DNA from: a virus
Length of the DNA stretch: 64,000 nucleotides
IMG/VR virus record: IMGVR_UViG_3300017565_000003
Direction: 5' to 3' (one strand)
A program made the translations under genes and the position numbers. Shown here in pieces: positions 41,737 to 52,004 of this stretch. Position 1 is the first letter of the stretch, and the number at the start of each line of letters is the position of its first letter. The notes beneath the pieces were generated by a model. The model saw only the letters and a list, made by a program, of their open reading frames with translations, was not told the origin of the DNA and ran no database searches.

Positions 41737-41919
41737 TTATTTATGATTAATTTGTTTGTATTCATCTAAAGCGTTTTGCAGTTGATCATTAATTTCATAA
41801 AGACTAAATATTTTATTCGTATTCATGTCCTTTGCGATTGTAATAAAATAGACCCCTTTTGACTTAAGGAATTGTGACACTTTTTGGTTATAGCAGAAGA
41901 AATAATTAGATTTTTTCAT
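41737..41919 (-). CDS. small DUF5659-like protein
   Basis: F..YNQ....FL..KG.....F.....L..AL..Y pattern shared with two paralogues. Confidence 0.55.
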   Translation of the reverse strand: MKKSNYFFCYNQKVSQFLKSKGVYFITIAKDMNTNKIFSLYEINDQLQNALDEYKQINHK

Positions 41920-42016
41920 TGATTTTCATCTCCTTGTTAAAATTAGAAAAATAAAAAAGAGAGCCAAAGCGACCCTCTGATATTTCTGTTTATGTGTACA
42001 ATTAATTTTACTTATG

Positions 42017-42787
42017 TTATATTTTTAAGCGATCATTAAGTATTTCTTCAATTTTATCAAAATCCCAATATGGAATACGTAAGAGGGGAATGTTGTTATC
42101 TTTACAGTATTGATTCTTAATTTGATCACGATGTTTTAATTGCTCAAATTGTTCTTTTGCCCATTCTTTACCTCGACTAGCAAAATCAACAGGTTTGAAG
42201 TGATGCTGACCATCATATTCTATTATATGTATTAATTCTTTTTGGTTATTAAATAGAGCAAAATCGAATAACAAGGGTAAAACATGGGCACAATCTTTAA
42301 ACTTGTACTGTACTTCATATATAATTTTATTCTTTTCTACCCAAGTAGCTATAGATTCTTCACCTTTTGAAGAGTTACATCTTGGACATCTTCTTCCATA
42401 ATGAATAAAATTATTAGGTAGGGCATCCCACTCATGACCACATAGTAAATGTTTCATTTTAATAGTGGTATATCTTTCTATGTACTCGCCTAATACGTCA
42501 TATTCACCATTAGTTAATTCCTTAACTTGTTGCCTGAACTCTTCAGTAGTTGGTTTTACCTTACCTGAACATCTAGGACACTTGCTTTTACCAGAAAGTA
42601 AATTACCTGGATAAACATTCCACTTATAACCACATTTGTTATGTCTTATACGCACTGGTTTTGCAACAGTTTTATAAATACCTAATACAGTGTATTCATC
42701 ACCAAAAGCATCTTCAACACGTTTTACCCAATTCTCATGTTTTAATTGAGCCTTTTCTTCTTTTGTTAATTTTATTGCTGTAGTCAT
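42017..42787 (-). CDS. free-standing endonuclease: Zn-ribbon repeats + Vsr/DUF559-like domain
   Basis: H..CG..W...P.N.....CPRC x2; SKGE..FDF..IEYDGQHH. Confidence 0.78.
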   Translation of the reverse strand: MTTAIKLTKEEKAQLKHENWVKRVEDAFGDEYTVLGIYKTVAKPVRIRHNKCGYKWNVYPGNLLSGKSKCPRCSGKVKPTTEEFRQQVKELTNGEYDVLGEYIERYTTIKMKHLLCGHEWDALPNNFIHYGRRCPRCNSSKGEESIATWVEKNKIIYEVQYKFKDCAHVLPLLFDFALFNNQKELIHIIEYDGQHHFKPVDFASRGKEWAKEQFEQLKHRDQIKNQYCKDNNIPLLRIPYWDFDKIEEILNDRLKI

Positions 42788-42883
42788 TATTATTCCTCCA
42801 TTAGTTGCAAAAATTTGTTGAACGCAAAAAAGACCGCACAATAGGTGAGGTCTTGAGTATTGAAATATGTAATTATGTTTAAT

Positions 42884-43045
42884 TTACTTATAATTTTTAA
42901 TTTTCTCTATCAAGTCGTCTGTGTTATTAAATATAAATACATTCCGATTTGATTTATTAGACTTTTCCATTCGTTTGAGTACAAAGCCTTTTTGCATTAG
43001 GTATCCGGCTAAACGTTGATTGAATATGACATATTCTTTTTTCAC
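42884..43045 (-). CDS. small DUF5659-like protein
   Basis: IFNQRLAGYLMQKGF..MEKS..RNVFIFN; paralogue of 56114-56305. Confidence 0.65.
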   Translation of the reverse strand: MKKEYVIFNQRLAGYLMQKGFVLKRMEKSNKSNRNVFIFNNTDDLIEKIKNYK

Positions 43046-43127
43046 AATAATTTCCTCACAATACATTTTGAAAATCTGTACGAAACTTATCTTTTATTTA
43101 ATTTACTTATAAAAATCATAATAAAAT

Positions 43128-43246
43128 AGAGGATAGGACGCTGAAACCCTTGGTACGTAAGGCTTCGTAGCACCTAATCCTCTAAATAGTTGAAAACGCT
43201 GAATTTACCTCATTTTTATTAAGTTAAGATAAAAACCCGAATTTAT
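43128..43246. repeat. accessory element (type B) ending in palindromic junction site
   Basis: AAACCCTTGGTA at 43144, exactly 85 bp before the site at 43229; same at 49490/49575. Confidence 0.7.
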
Positions 43247-43252
43247 TCTAAA

Positions 43253-43489
43253 TTACATTACGTCAATCTCATTCGTATCAACGTCTATCATCTTCTTATC
43301 TACTCCTAATGCCTTAGCTAATATGTTGTATAATTGACGATCTGGATTGACAAACTTACCTTCTAATCCGTTTTCCTTAATAGCTTTCTCAATGCGTTCT
43401 TTTTCTGCTACATCCTTTAAATCAACTGTAATAGTATTAATCATAAAGTAATTATCCTCATAAGAATGGTCAAGAACAACATAAATCAT
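43253..43489 (-). CDS. small hypothetical protein
   Basis: RBS AAGGAGAG; 78 aa. Confidence 0.6.
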   Translation of the reverse strand: MIYVVLDHSYEDNYFMINTITVDLKDVAEKERIEKAIKENGLEGKFVNPDRQLYNILAKALGVDKKMIDVDTNEIDVM

Positions 43490-43593
43490 ATATAGCTCTC
43501 CTTTTTTTATTTTTATTATAACAGTGGAGAAGGGGAGAGTTGTATATATGAATTTTCATTAAGAGTTAATGCGGAATTTTCTCCGATAACATA

Positions 43594-45528
43594 TTAATCT
43601 GTAAAAAAACTAACTGTATTAAGTATTGCAAAGCCAACATCTGTTCCACTCACCGTTACATTTCCGTTTGTATCTACCGTCACACGACAATTTGCCGTTC
43701 CTCCTGCGTTTGTAGAAGAAAAGGTCATAAATTGAGTAGGTCTAAATCCTGAAGGTAACTGAAAGGCTGTACTACCTGATGCTCCACCACCAACAACGCC
43801 TCTTAAGTACACTTTACCCATTCCGTCTTTACGATAAGACACAGGGTGACTAGCATTTTCTGTCCAACTGTTCACGAAGGTCGGTTTAACCCATTTTCTC
43901 AGCGTGTTTGGATTTTTGATGTACTCAACTACATTTCGTTTATAACCACGATACAGTGAACACCAAGTTATATTTGCGCTTCGTTCATTTGGAGTTCCTG
44001 CTGGAGCTCCTATTCCTACTATCAAACGAGAACTAGGTGTGTTTAGCTTGTAAAGGAAGTGAAATTTAACGATACCTTCATACGAGCCTGATTTTCCATA
44101 GTCGCTGTAAATGACGTTATAGCTTTCATCTTGTAAAAGAAAATATCCACCTTCGGTTAAAACACTTCCATTGAGAGATACGGTGTAGTATTTCCCTTTT
44201 TCCATTGGTGCGGTTAACTCGTAAATCCCTGCTGTTGATGATGCGGTTGTTCCTTTTGCTGAGTCTCCGTCAATTATCAAGTTTTGATTATCAAAAGCAT
44301 AGTCTACGTTTGCGAATGGAAATCGAGCAGCTAACACACATTGATCCATATAACTGTTTGAAGCTTCGTAATAAACACTAGACATTCCGTTGTCAAACTG
44401 AACCATAGCAGAAATTGTGTCATTCTTCTTATGGAGAAACATCCCAACATGGTCAATTTTCATAAATGCATTTTCTCGTGCTTCTTGGTTTAGGTCACCA
44501 TTCCCATCAAAGAAAGTCCAACTAAAGAATAAAATATCCCCTGGTTGGAGATTTGAACGATCTTCATTTACTTTAAACGCATAACCTTTGTCGTTTGCAT
44601 ATTTAGCTAATTGATTTGCTAAACGAAATTTGTATCCGTCAATATTTAGAAAGAATAGGTTTGATTCCTTATTTTTTGTTTTCCCGTTATATCTTGAATT
44701 TTCAAAAGGGATACCATGTAGCAATAAGTTTGCAAAGGAACTACAATCAATTTGATATTTACTGTTAACCGTTTGAACGTTAGCGTCATAAGCTGTGTAA
44801 CTATTACCATAGACGAATTGACTAATGTTATCCTCATACGTTTGTGCAATTCTAAGGATTCTTTCAATAATCCCGTCTGAATTATTAATGATCGAAGGCG
44901 ATTCAGCTAAAACGTCACTCACTTCTGCAAAACTAATAGGGATTTCAGTAGAACTTAAAGTAGTCACATTCATCACTTTCAAATCAGAAATATATGCAGT
45001 AAACGATGAAGCGAAATCAACATATAGATTATTATTTGATTGTGTCATGGTTGATAAGTCTAACTCAAATTCAACTTTATTCCATTGATTCGCAATACCT
45101 AAGTTTACGGGCTTACCACTCATATAAGCCATTCTCATGAAAATCGTTTTATTTGAAACGGTAGGATATACATAGAATGAAATCTTTAGTTTTTCACCAG
45201 TAATCATTTTCTCAGTCAACACAAAAGAGAAGTCCTTATTAGGGTCTGTTGATCCTTCATAATTTGTTACTTGGATTTGTAAAGACTTTTTATTACCGTA
45301 TTGAGGCGAGGTTATCCCTGCGGAAAAGGTATAAACTGAACTTCTCGCCTGAATATAAGGCAATTCTTCAAAATCGGAGTTTTTAATTAGACTTTTCTTA
45401 TCTAATAATATTTCTTCTTGATTCGCTTTGTCTGCCAATTGTGAATTAGTTTCCTGTATCTCATCAAACACTGTTTTCTTAGTTATTTTATTTTCAACGA
45501 ATCTTGAGTCAATTCTATTGGTTGACAT
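43594..45528 (-). CDS. tail-fibre-like protein with CBM-like and NlpC/P60 domains
   Basis: IDCSSF...DHVGM Cys/His dyad; C-terminal G.V.LRG...LPSGFRP fibre motif; N-terminal SQLAD. Confidence 0.65.
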   Translation of the reverse strand: MSTNRIDSRFVENKITKKTVFDEIQETNSQLADKANQEEILLDKKSLIKNSDFEELPYIQARSSVYTFSAGITSPQYGNKKSLQIQVTNYEGSTDPNKDFSFVLTEKMITGEKLKISFYVYPTVSNKTIFMRMAYMSGKPVNLGIANQWNKVEFELDLSTMTQSNNNLYVDFASSFTAYISDLKVMNVTTLSSTEIPISFAEVSDVLAESPSIINNSDGIIERILRIAQTYEDNISQFVYGNSYTAYDANVQTVNSKYQIDCSSFANLLLHGIPFENSRYNGKTKNKESNLFFLNIDGYKFRLANQLAKYANDKGYAFKVNEDRSNLQPGDILFFSWTFFDGNGDLNQEARENAFMKIDHVGMFLHKKNDTISAMVQFDNGMSSVYYEASNSYMDQCVLAARFPFANVDYAFDNQNLIIDGDSAKGTTASSTAGIYELTAPMEKGKYYTVSLNGSVLTEGGYFLLQDESYNVIYSDYGKSGSYEGIVKFHFLYKLNTPSSRLIVGIGAPAGTPNERSANITWCSLYRGYKRNVVEYIKNPNTLRKWVKPTFVNSWTENASHPVSYRKDGMGKVYLRGVVGGGASGSTAFQLPSGFRPTQFMTFSSTNAGGTANCRVTVDTNGNVTVSGTDVGFAILNTVSFFTD

Positions 45529-45705
45529 AAAATCATCTCCTTAATAGGAATAAAAAAAGAGACCTCATCTCTGAAGTCTCATGTAAATATTTCTAAATAA
45601 AATTTAATTTTTATCTTGATGAATAAAAGGGTGGGCGAGAGGGATAATAAGTTTTAACATTCTATCACCGCACCTTAGAAGAGGGAGAGGTAAAAGTCTC
45701 CCTAA

Positions 45706-45942
45706 TTATTTCCATTCACCCTTATATTTTTCTAGTACTTCTTTTTGTTTCTTAGCAGTAGGGGAAGCGTAAGTATTTTTCCAAACTGCATATCCAACTA
45801 AAAGTAAAGGAATTCCATTCTCAATTAATCCCATAAAGGAATTAATCATGTCTTCAGTTAAAATGTTGTATCCTATTGAAGCTAAGAATAATTTAAGTGA
45901 ACCTAAAAACCCTGCAATTAAAATCAAATGATCTTTTTTCAT
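45706..45942 (-). CDS. holin
   Basis: Two hydrophobic segments, WKN, basic tail. Confidence 0.7.
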   Translation of the reverse strand: MKKDHLILIAGFLGSLKLFLASIGYNILTEDMINSFMGLIENGIPLLLVGYAVWKNTYASPTAKKQKEVLEKYKGEWK

Positions 45943-45967
45943 TAATAATCACTCCTAATAGTTAAAT

Positions 45968-46309
45968 TTACTTTAAATTAAACATAACAATTAAATAGGC
46001 AAGAACTAATCCACCGACAATTTTTAATACAAAATCAGTTGTTATCTTTTTCTTCTCTTTGTTTCCATCTTCTAATTCGCCAACACGGACATCAAGAGAA
46101 TCCATTTTCCCATTAAGCCTCGTAAGGTTGTCATTAACTTTATCTAATGTATCAGACTGCTTATTATTTGTTTCAATAACCATTTCCATCAAAGTTTCTA
46201 ATCTTGGCATTTTCTCCGATTTAACTTCTAAAGAGTTAAGCCTCTTTTCATGCGAATCAGTTTTTTCTTTAACTTGACTCACTGCTTTCACAATCTCTAA
46301 GTTATCCAT
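45968..46309 (-). CDS. XhlA/BhlA-like lysis membrane protein
   Basis: HEKRL..LE coiled coil + C-terminal TM; adjacent to holin. Confidence 0.65.
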   Translation of the reverse strand: MDNLEIVKAVSQVKEKTDSHEKRLNSLEVKSEKMPRLETLMEMVIETNNKQSDTLDKVNDNLTRLNGKMDSLDVRVGELEDGNKEKKKITTDFVLKIVGGLVLAYLIVMFNLK

Positions 46310-46451
46310 TTTCTCAACCCTACCTTATTAGTTAATAGTGACGAGGTACATAAAATGTGGTAAGATTATTTATGTACTGTAAAGTGCAAAAGACATCTGT
46401 TTGACTCAACCTCAGCAGATGTCTTTTTTTTTATCGCAATATCTTGTGTAA

Positions 46452-47642
46452 TTAAATTCTTTCTATGAAATCTCCGACTCTCGCAGCCATTCTCTTTTGT
46501 CCTTCATTATTAGGGTGAGTACCATCTCCGTTAACAAAGAAATTAGTGTTTTGTGTAGGATTGTATGGAGAAAAGCCGAGATTGCTGTACAAATCGAGAA
46601 CTGGTAAGGAATAATAATCCCCAATACTTTTCACAGCATTGCAATAATCTATCACCTTACTTCCTAAAGCGTTCGTATAGTCTCCATTTGTACCTGATGC
46701 ATTATATCGCCTAATTGGTGTGATCAATCCAATTGTAGTCATCGGATAACGATTTTGAAGGAACTCTATTGACTTTCTATATCTCGAATAGAATGTTGTA
46801 CCGGTTACAGAATCATCAGTAATTGTACCGACTGGAACATTGAAGCCGTGATCATTTGTTCCTGCCATAATTGTGATTAATTTAGGAGCATACTCTGTTG
46901 GTGGCATATTAACTATGACATTATCGTAAATTTGCCCAATTGTATATCCACTTACTGCTTGGTTTTGTACATGTATAAACCTTTCAGTTGATAACAAGTA
47001 ATGATAAGGTTTTGATGCGTAAGCATTACTTGCTCCTTCACCTTCACCCATGCCAGTGCTAATACTGTCGCCTAACACCCACCAAACTTGATTGAACCAT
47101 TGAGATCGGTAATACCCGTTTAATAAATTACTATCTATAATACTTTTTTTGTGGGGTTTATAATCTGTTGTTGAATTGAACCTATACCCACTTTCCAACA
47201 CCATGAATTTATCAATCATAGCAGATGACCAAATTCTTACATAGAGGTATCTTGCGTTATTAGGAGCTTTTGCAGCAAGAGCAGATCCACCTGAAACATA
47301 CACTTCAGAAGCATCGTAGAAACTGTATTGAGAAGTTATTGTATCGCCACGATTAAACGTATAGTTATAACCTGGTTTAACTTCAATTCGATGCGTTTCT
47401 ATTCCACCAGCAATAATATTCCCTGTTGATGAATCATGATATTGACCGTTAACTACTCTTGTTTTGTCAAATAAGTTGTAATATATAATTTCTGTTGTAC
47501 CTACTGCACCACTTCCAGAACTAAGTTCTGATAATTTTTGAGTCAGAGTTTTATTACTTTCTACGTAAACCGCATCTCCTACCGTAATAGGGTACATGTA
47601 TTCATTGCTAGTATTTTTAAGCTTTTTAATTTTACCTATCAT
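46452..47642 (-). CDS. SGNH/GDSL esterase, probably virion-associated
   Basis: LGDSIS, SG, GTND, DGTHP blocks. Confidence 0.88.
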   Translation of the reverse strand: MIGKIKKLKNTSNEYMYPITVGDAVYVESNKTLTQKLSELSSGSGAVGTTEIIYYNLFDKTRVVNGQYHDSSTGNIIAGGIETHRIEVKPGYNYTFNRGDTITSQYSFYDASEVYVSGGSALAAKAPNNARYLYVRIWSSAMIDKFMVLESGYRFNSTTDYKPHKKSIIDSNLLNGYYRSQWFNQVWWVLGDSISTGMGEGEGASNAYASKPYHYLLSTERFIHVQNQAVSGYTIGQIYDNVIVNMPPTEYAPKLITIMAGTNDHGFNVPVGTITDDSVTGTTFYSRYRKSIEFLQNRYPMTTIGLITPIRRYNASGTNGDYTNALGSKVIDYCNAVKSIGDYYSLPVLDLYSNLGFSPYNPTQNTNFFVNGDGTHPNNEGQKRMAARVGDFIERI

Positions 47643-49087
47643 ACAAACGTACCTCCAGTAAGAGTTGCGTGTATACCATTACCACTCTGATCTTGTACAT
47701 TTCCTTTAGTCATATCATAATGCGCAACTAGAACTCCTGCGTTCTTAAACTTAATGTCATAGATTTTTCCTTTCATAAATTCTGTATTATCAAACTTAGA
47801 AAATATTGATACATCATCTGTACCTACCGTAGTAAGTGTAAATCTAATGTTTGTTCTAGTATTACGTGGCACTAGATTATTATTCAGTGCAGTTTGTTTT
47901 GCCCCACCATCAACATAAATACCCGTCCAAACACTTGCGTTATAGGCATCTGCCATACTAGCATTATTTTGAATATAAGAGTTTTCAACACCGCCTCTAG
48001 CATCTAAATAAGTTTGCCAAGTATTATTTTGCTCAGGATGAAAATCCATTACAATTTCATCGAATGTAAGAGATGGAATTTTTATATAGTCACTTGTTCC
48101 ATTCATATCAAGATATAAATAAGTAGGTGTTACCGATTTTGTATAAGTCACTGTTTGAATATCACTATTGTTTCCGGTAGTATCTACGGCATAAGCCTTT
48201 ATTGTATCAGTATCAGTTAAAGTTAAAGGCGCTGTATACTGAACTCTAGTACCCGATTCTATAGGATCTGTATCGTCTAATGTATACCAAATTGTAGCAG
48301 TTTCATTGGTTGACATTATGACTTGTTGCGTATCTGTAAATGTTGCAGCAGGTGTAATTGTTAATATCGGTGCAGTTGTATCAGCAGTAGTTGTAATATC
48401 TATATCTACACCTAATGAAGTATTCCCTGATGAATCTTTTGCACGAACGCTAAATGAATACAAAGTAGAAGGGGATAATCCTGTGATAGTATAACTTATG
48501 TTTGCAGTATTGACTAAGAAAACATCATCTTTGTAGATATCGTATGATGAAATATCAGTAGATGTACTAGCAGTCCAACTTAAAGTTACACTTCTATCTG
48601 ATAGGTTACTAGATGATAAATCCGTAACATTTTCAGGGGCAGTTGAATCAGGTGTAGCAGTTGTGGCATTAACAGATATTCCATTTGAAATATTATTCGA
48701 CGTATCTTTGGTCTTTACTGTAAACGTGTAAGCAGTTGAGGTTATCAATCCACTCACGTTATACGTAGTTCCAGTAACAGTTGAAAGCAAGGTAGACCCA
48801 CGATAAATTTCATATCCACTTACATCTGTTGATGTTGATGCTGTCCAAGACAATGTTAATCCTGTCGTAGTTATATTTGATGTAGATAAATTTGTTACAT
48901 TGTTTGGGGGAGTTGTATCCGTTGTATTAGTATCAATTGCTACACTTTCTCCATCAACCCAATTTTCAAATAAGATTAAGTTGGAAGGAGCTGTTCCGTC
49001 ACCAATCTGTTCAACCCCATCGATTGTGATCCTTCCGTTGTCACTTACTCCGATCCTTGAGTTCCCTTTAAACCTAAAAAAACCCAT
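47639..49087 (-). CDS. fibronectin type III repeat protein with C-terminal LamG-like domain
   Basis: Two Fn3 repeats (LSWTAS..Y..GL...Y.F.V..KD..N). Confidence 0.8.
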   Translation of the reverse strand: MGFFRFKGNSRIGVSDNGRITIDGVEQIGDGTAPSNLILFENWVDGESVAIDTNTTDTTPPNNVTNLSTSNITTTGLTLSWTASTSTDVSGYEIYRGSTLLSTVTGTTYNVSGLITSTAYTFTVKTKDTSNNISNGISVNATTATPDSTAPENVTDLSSSNLSDRSVTLSWTASTSTDISSYDIYKDDVFLVNTANISYTITGLSPSTLYSFSVRAKDSSGNTSLGVDIDITTTADTTAPILTITPAATFTDTQQVIMSTNETATIWYTLDDTDPIESGTRVQYTAPLTLTDTDTIKAYAVDTTGNNSDIQTVTYTKSVTPTYLYLDMNGTSDYIKIPSLTFDEIVMDFHPEQNNTWQTYLDARGGVENSYIQNNASMADAYNASVWTGIYVDGGAKQTALNNNLVPRNTRTNIRFTLTTVGTDDVSIFSKFDNTEFMKGKIYDIKFKNAGVLVAHYDMTKGNVQDQSGNGIHATLTGGTFV

Positions 49088-49101
49088 TTATATCACCTCC
49101 A

Positions 49102-49383
49102 TTAATAAGCTGCTATGAATTTGTATTCAATTCCTGATTCTATGATAACGAAACTCCAAATAGGAGCGTCAATTTCATCCATTTCAAATCCATCTCCTGC
49201 ATCTAAGGCAATTGGATCACCGTTGTTAATTTTAACTCTGCACGATTGTGTATTTTTGAAACTGAATTTATAGAAACTGTAGCCATTTGACCAAGTGGAA
49301 GGGGGAGTAGGTACAACTTCGTGATTAGAGTTACTTATTTGCACACCTGGACTTCCGATGTATCCCGATCCTTTCTGAGACAT
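49102..49383 (-). CDS. small hypothetical beta-rich protein
   Basis: RBS AGGAGG before ATG 49383. Confidence 0.6.
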   Translation of the reverse strand: MSQKGSGYIGSPGVQISNSNHEVVPTPPSTWSNGYSFYKFSFKNTQSCRVKINNGDPIALDAGDGFEMDEIDAPIWSFVIIESGIEYKFIAAY

Positions 49384-49425
49384 TATTTTGTAACCTCCTA
49401 ATTTATTAAATTTACTTGTTTCTAA

Positions 49426-49592
49426 ATAAAACATGAATTTTATCCTGACTTTATTTAAGAAGAGTAGGGGAGAGGGGAATAGAGGCTCAAAACCCTTGGT
49501 ATATAAGGGATTGAGAAACTAATTCTCCTAAACTCCCAATATTACTGATTTTTACTCAATTTTCATGTTTCTAGATGAAATTGTAGTTTTAT
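49426..49592. repeat. gene-less unit: two palindromic junction sites around a type B accessory element
   Basis: ATAAAA-CATGAA-TTTTAT (49426), ATGAAA-TTGTAG-TTTTAT (49575); AAACCCTTGGTA..TAAGGG inside. Confidence 0.7.
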
Positions 49593-49611
49593 TTGAATGT
49601 TAAATTTACCT

Positions 49612-50799
49612 TTATTCAAACATTTCTGAGAAAGTAATCTTTCCAACAATACCATCAGCAAGTAGTCCACGTTTCTTTTGAAATTGTTTTACTGCTGATT
49701 CACAACCATTTCCAAAAACTCCATCGAAGCCTTTCGGATTATATCCTAAGCAGTACATCATACCCTGAATAATTCTAGTAATATTTCCTTTTGCACCCTC
49801 TTTTACTGTGCGAATAGCAGATTCAGTCTTGCTTCCAAATAGTCCATCTACAGCTAATTTAGAGCCATATTGTTTGTTTAATTCAGTTTGCAATGCTTTT
49901 ACTGCTGCTTTCTCTGTATTGTTACCGTATAATCCATCTACACCAATACCCGTTTTATAGTTTGCGTTTAACCAGGATTGGAAAGATCTTATATTATTAT
50001 TTCCACTCATTTTAGAAGGGGTTGGAGTAGGAGAAGAGGCTTTCTTGTAATTTTCTAGTGATTTTTTACTTTGTTGACCGTAAATACCGTCTACGCCAAT
50101 ACCAGCTTCTTTTTGGAATGCAATTAAAGCATCTTCGGTCTTATCTCCAAAGACTCCATCTACAGTGCCTACATTGAATCCTTTTTTATTAAGTAAAGAT
50201 TGTAGTGTTTTAACTGCTTCTCCACGATTACCCTTTCCAAGAAGAGTGGAAGTAGGTTTATTGTAAACAACTTCTGTTTTAACTTGTGTCTTAGGTGCTT
50301 CAACTTTAATTCCGTTGTCTTTATATCCTTTAACTTCACTCATAAATGTTGACTTCTTAATAGATGTACCTGGGCAGGTTTTTGCAGCGTTCTCGTTGTG
50401 AAAGCGAACGTACTTTCCTTTATTGTAAAAATACTTTGCTAATTTCAACATTGAATCTTTTTGAATCCCTTCAAACTTATCGTTTCCAATATCAAAGTTA
50501 CCGATCATTTCAACACAGAAGGGAAGACCATAGTTATGATTCAAAATTGAAGCAGGGTTAGTTCCAAAGTTACGACCTGTCATGAAAATTCCATCAGGGA
50601 AAAGGGTGACGTGTTGAGCAATATCTGAAAATCCTCTTGCTAAATGTGATCTTCTCATCCCATCTTGAACCTTCTGATAGTTACTTCCATTAAAGTTTGA
50701 GTGGTCAGGTCTCCATGTATGATGCACATGTAATTCCCGATGATTATATTTGTCCAAAAGCTTGAGTAACTCGTCAATGGTAATTAATTTGTCTGCCAT
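49612..50799 (-). CDS. endolysin: Amidase_2 + PG-binding_1 repeats
   Basis: HVHHT, VEMIGNF, H...KTCPG; repeated DG..G..T..A...FQ. Confidence 0.9.
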   Translation of the reverse strand: MADKLITIDELLKLLDKYNHRELHVHHTWRPDHSNFNGSNYQKVQDGMRRSHLARGFSDIAQHVTLFPDGIFMTGRNFGTNPASILNHNYGLPFCVEMIGNFDIGNDKFEGIQKDSMLKLAKYFYNKGKYVRFHNENAAKTCPGTSIKKSTFMSEVKGYKDNGIKVEAPKTQVKTEVVYNKPTSTLLGKGNRGEAVKTLQSLLNKKGFNVGTVDGVFGDKTEDALIAFQKEAGIGVDGIYGQQSKKSLENYKKASSPTPTPSKMSGNNNIRSFQSWLNANYKTGIGVDGLYGNNTEKAAVKALQTELNKQYGSKLAVDGLFGSKTESAIRTVKEGAKGNITRIIQGMMYCLGYNPKGFDGVFGNGCESAVKQFQKKRGLLADGIVGKITFSEMFE

Positions 50800-50987
50800 T
50801 ACAAATTCCTCCTTAAAATTTTATAAATATAAAAAAAGAGAAGTAGGGGATTAATCTACTTCTCCATGAAACAAATGATTTATGCAATTTTTATACATTT
50901 CTTAATGTGAAATTACACAATTTTATTACTTCGGAATTTTATCCAATTGCGTGTTACTTAATTGCGTATGTTGAAACAAGATAACAA

Positions 50988-51506
50988 TTAAAATCTAGGT
51001 TCTTTTCCTTGTTTAATTAAATAATCATTTAGCCATTCTGCTGAAAAAATATCGGTGATTTCTATTTCATAATTTAGTATAGAATTCATAATCTCAATAA
51101 CCTTTTCTTTTGTAATAACTTCATCTTCTATATTCCAATAATGATGCACTAATTCTTCTATGAAAACAGTTAATATCAATTGATCACTATATTCTTTTTC
51201 TCTCCATTTTTCTACAGCATAAACAGCTAAATTAAATCTAAAACCTATGGGATACTCTTCTACATCATTTTCATCTTCAATCAACTCAAAAGTCCCATCC
51301 TTAGTTAATAAAACTGTTAGTCGGGCAAGCTGATTCTTTTCGTAGCCTTCTTTTATTAATTGGTTACTTACACCAGTAAGTGCTACTGAAAACAAAAAGG
51401 CTTCCTGTTCTCTAAGTGCAAAGATTGCCCTAATCTCAATTTTATCTAATAGGAAATCAGGAATACTTGGCCCTGATGAAGTAATTTGATTTTTAAATTT
51501 ACTCAT
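50988..51506 (-). CDS. hypothetical protein with zincin-like EELVHH motif
   Basis: 172 aa, RBS GAGGTGA. Confidence 0.55.
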   Translation of the reverse strand: MSKFKNQITSSGPSIPDFLLDKIEIRAIFALREQEAFLFSVALTGVSNQLIKEGYEKNQLARLTVLLTKDGTFELIEDENDVEEYPIGFRFNLAVYAVEKWREKEYSDQLILTVFIEELVHHYWNIEDEVITKEKVIEIMNSILNYEIEITDIFSAEWLNDYLIKQGKEPRF

Positions 51507-51796
51507 TTTCTCACCTCAATAGGTGATTTTCTGCATTTTTATCGGTATTTCCTCTTTTTTCTTATTTAAATCAACAATAATTTCTTTTCTTAAATCGTAT
51601 ATATTAACAGATCCATCTTTTTTAGTCTTACTTTTTTTAAGCATTGCATCGGTTACCATCTATTACCCTCCAATAAAAAAGACATCTCATTAAGAGATGT
51701 CTTCATGTCGTTCCTTCTTCCAAACTTGTATTCCTTGGTCAATTCTCTAAGGTTAATTAATAACCAGTTTACAAGTGCTTCTACTCCGAATGTGAA

Positions 51797-51991
51797 TTAT
51801 TCAAAAAGAGCATATTCTTTATCTATCTGTTTTTCTATATACCATCTGTAGTTATTGTCATTCTTTTTGTCATACCAAGTGCAAGGAAAATCTTCTCCAG
51901 ATATTTCTTTAGCTTTTTGTTCATCAAGTGTCACAAAAATTACATCATATTCATCAAAAGATTCTCGTTCCCAAACAAGATAAATTTTCAT
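51797..51991 (-). CDS. small hypothetical protein (DUF7336-like)
   Basis: MKIYLVW...VIFV...EQKA; its RBS lies within the junction repeat. Confidence 0.55.
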   Translation of the reverse strand: MKIYLVWERESFDEYDVIFVTLDEQKAKEISGEDFPCTWYDKKNDNNYRWYIEKQIDKEYALFE

Positions 51992-52004
51992 AATTAACCT
52001 CCGA

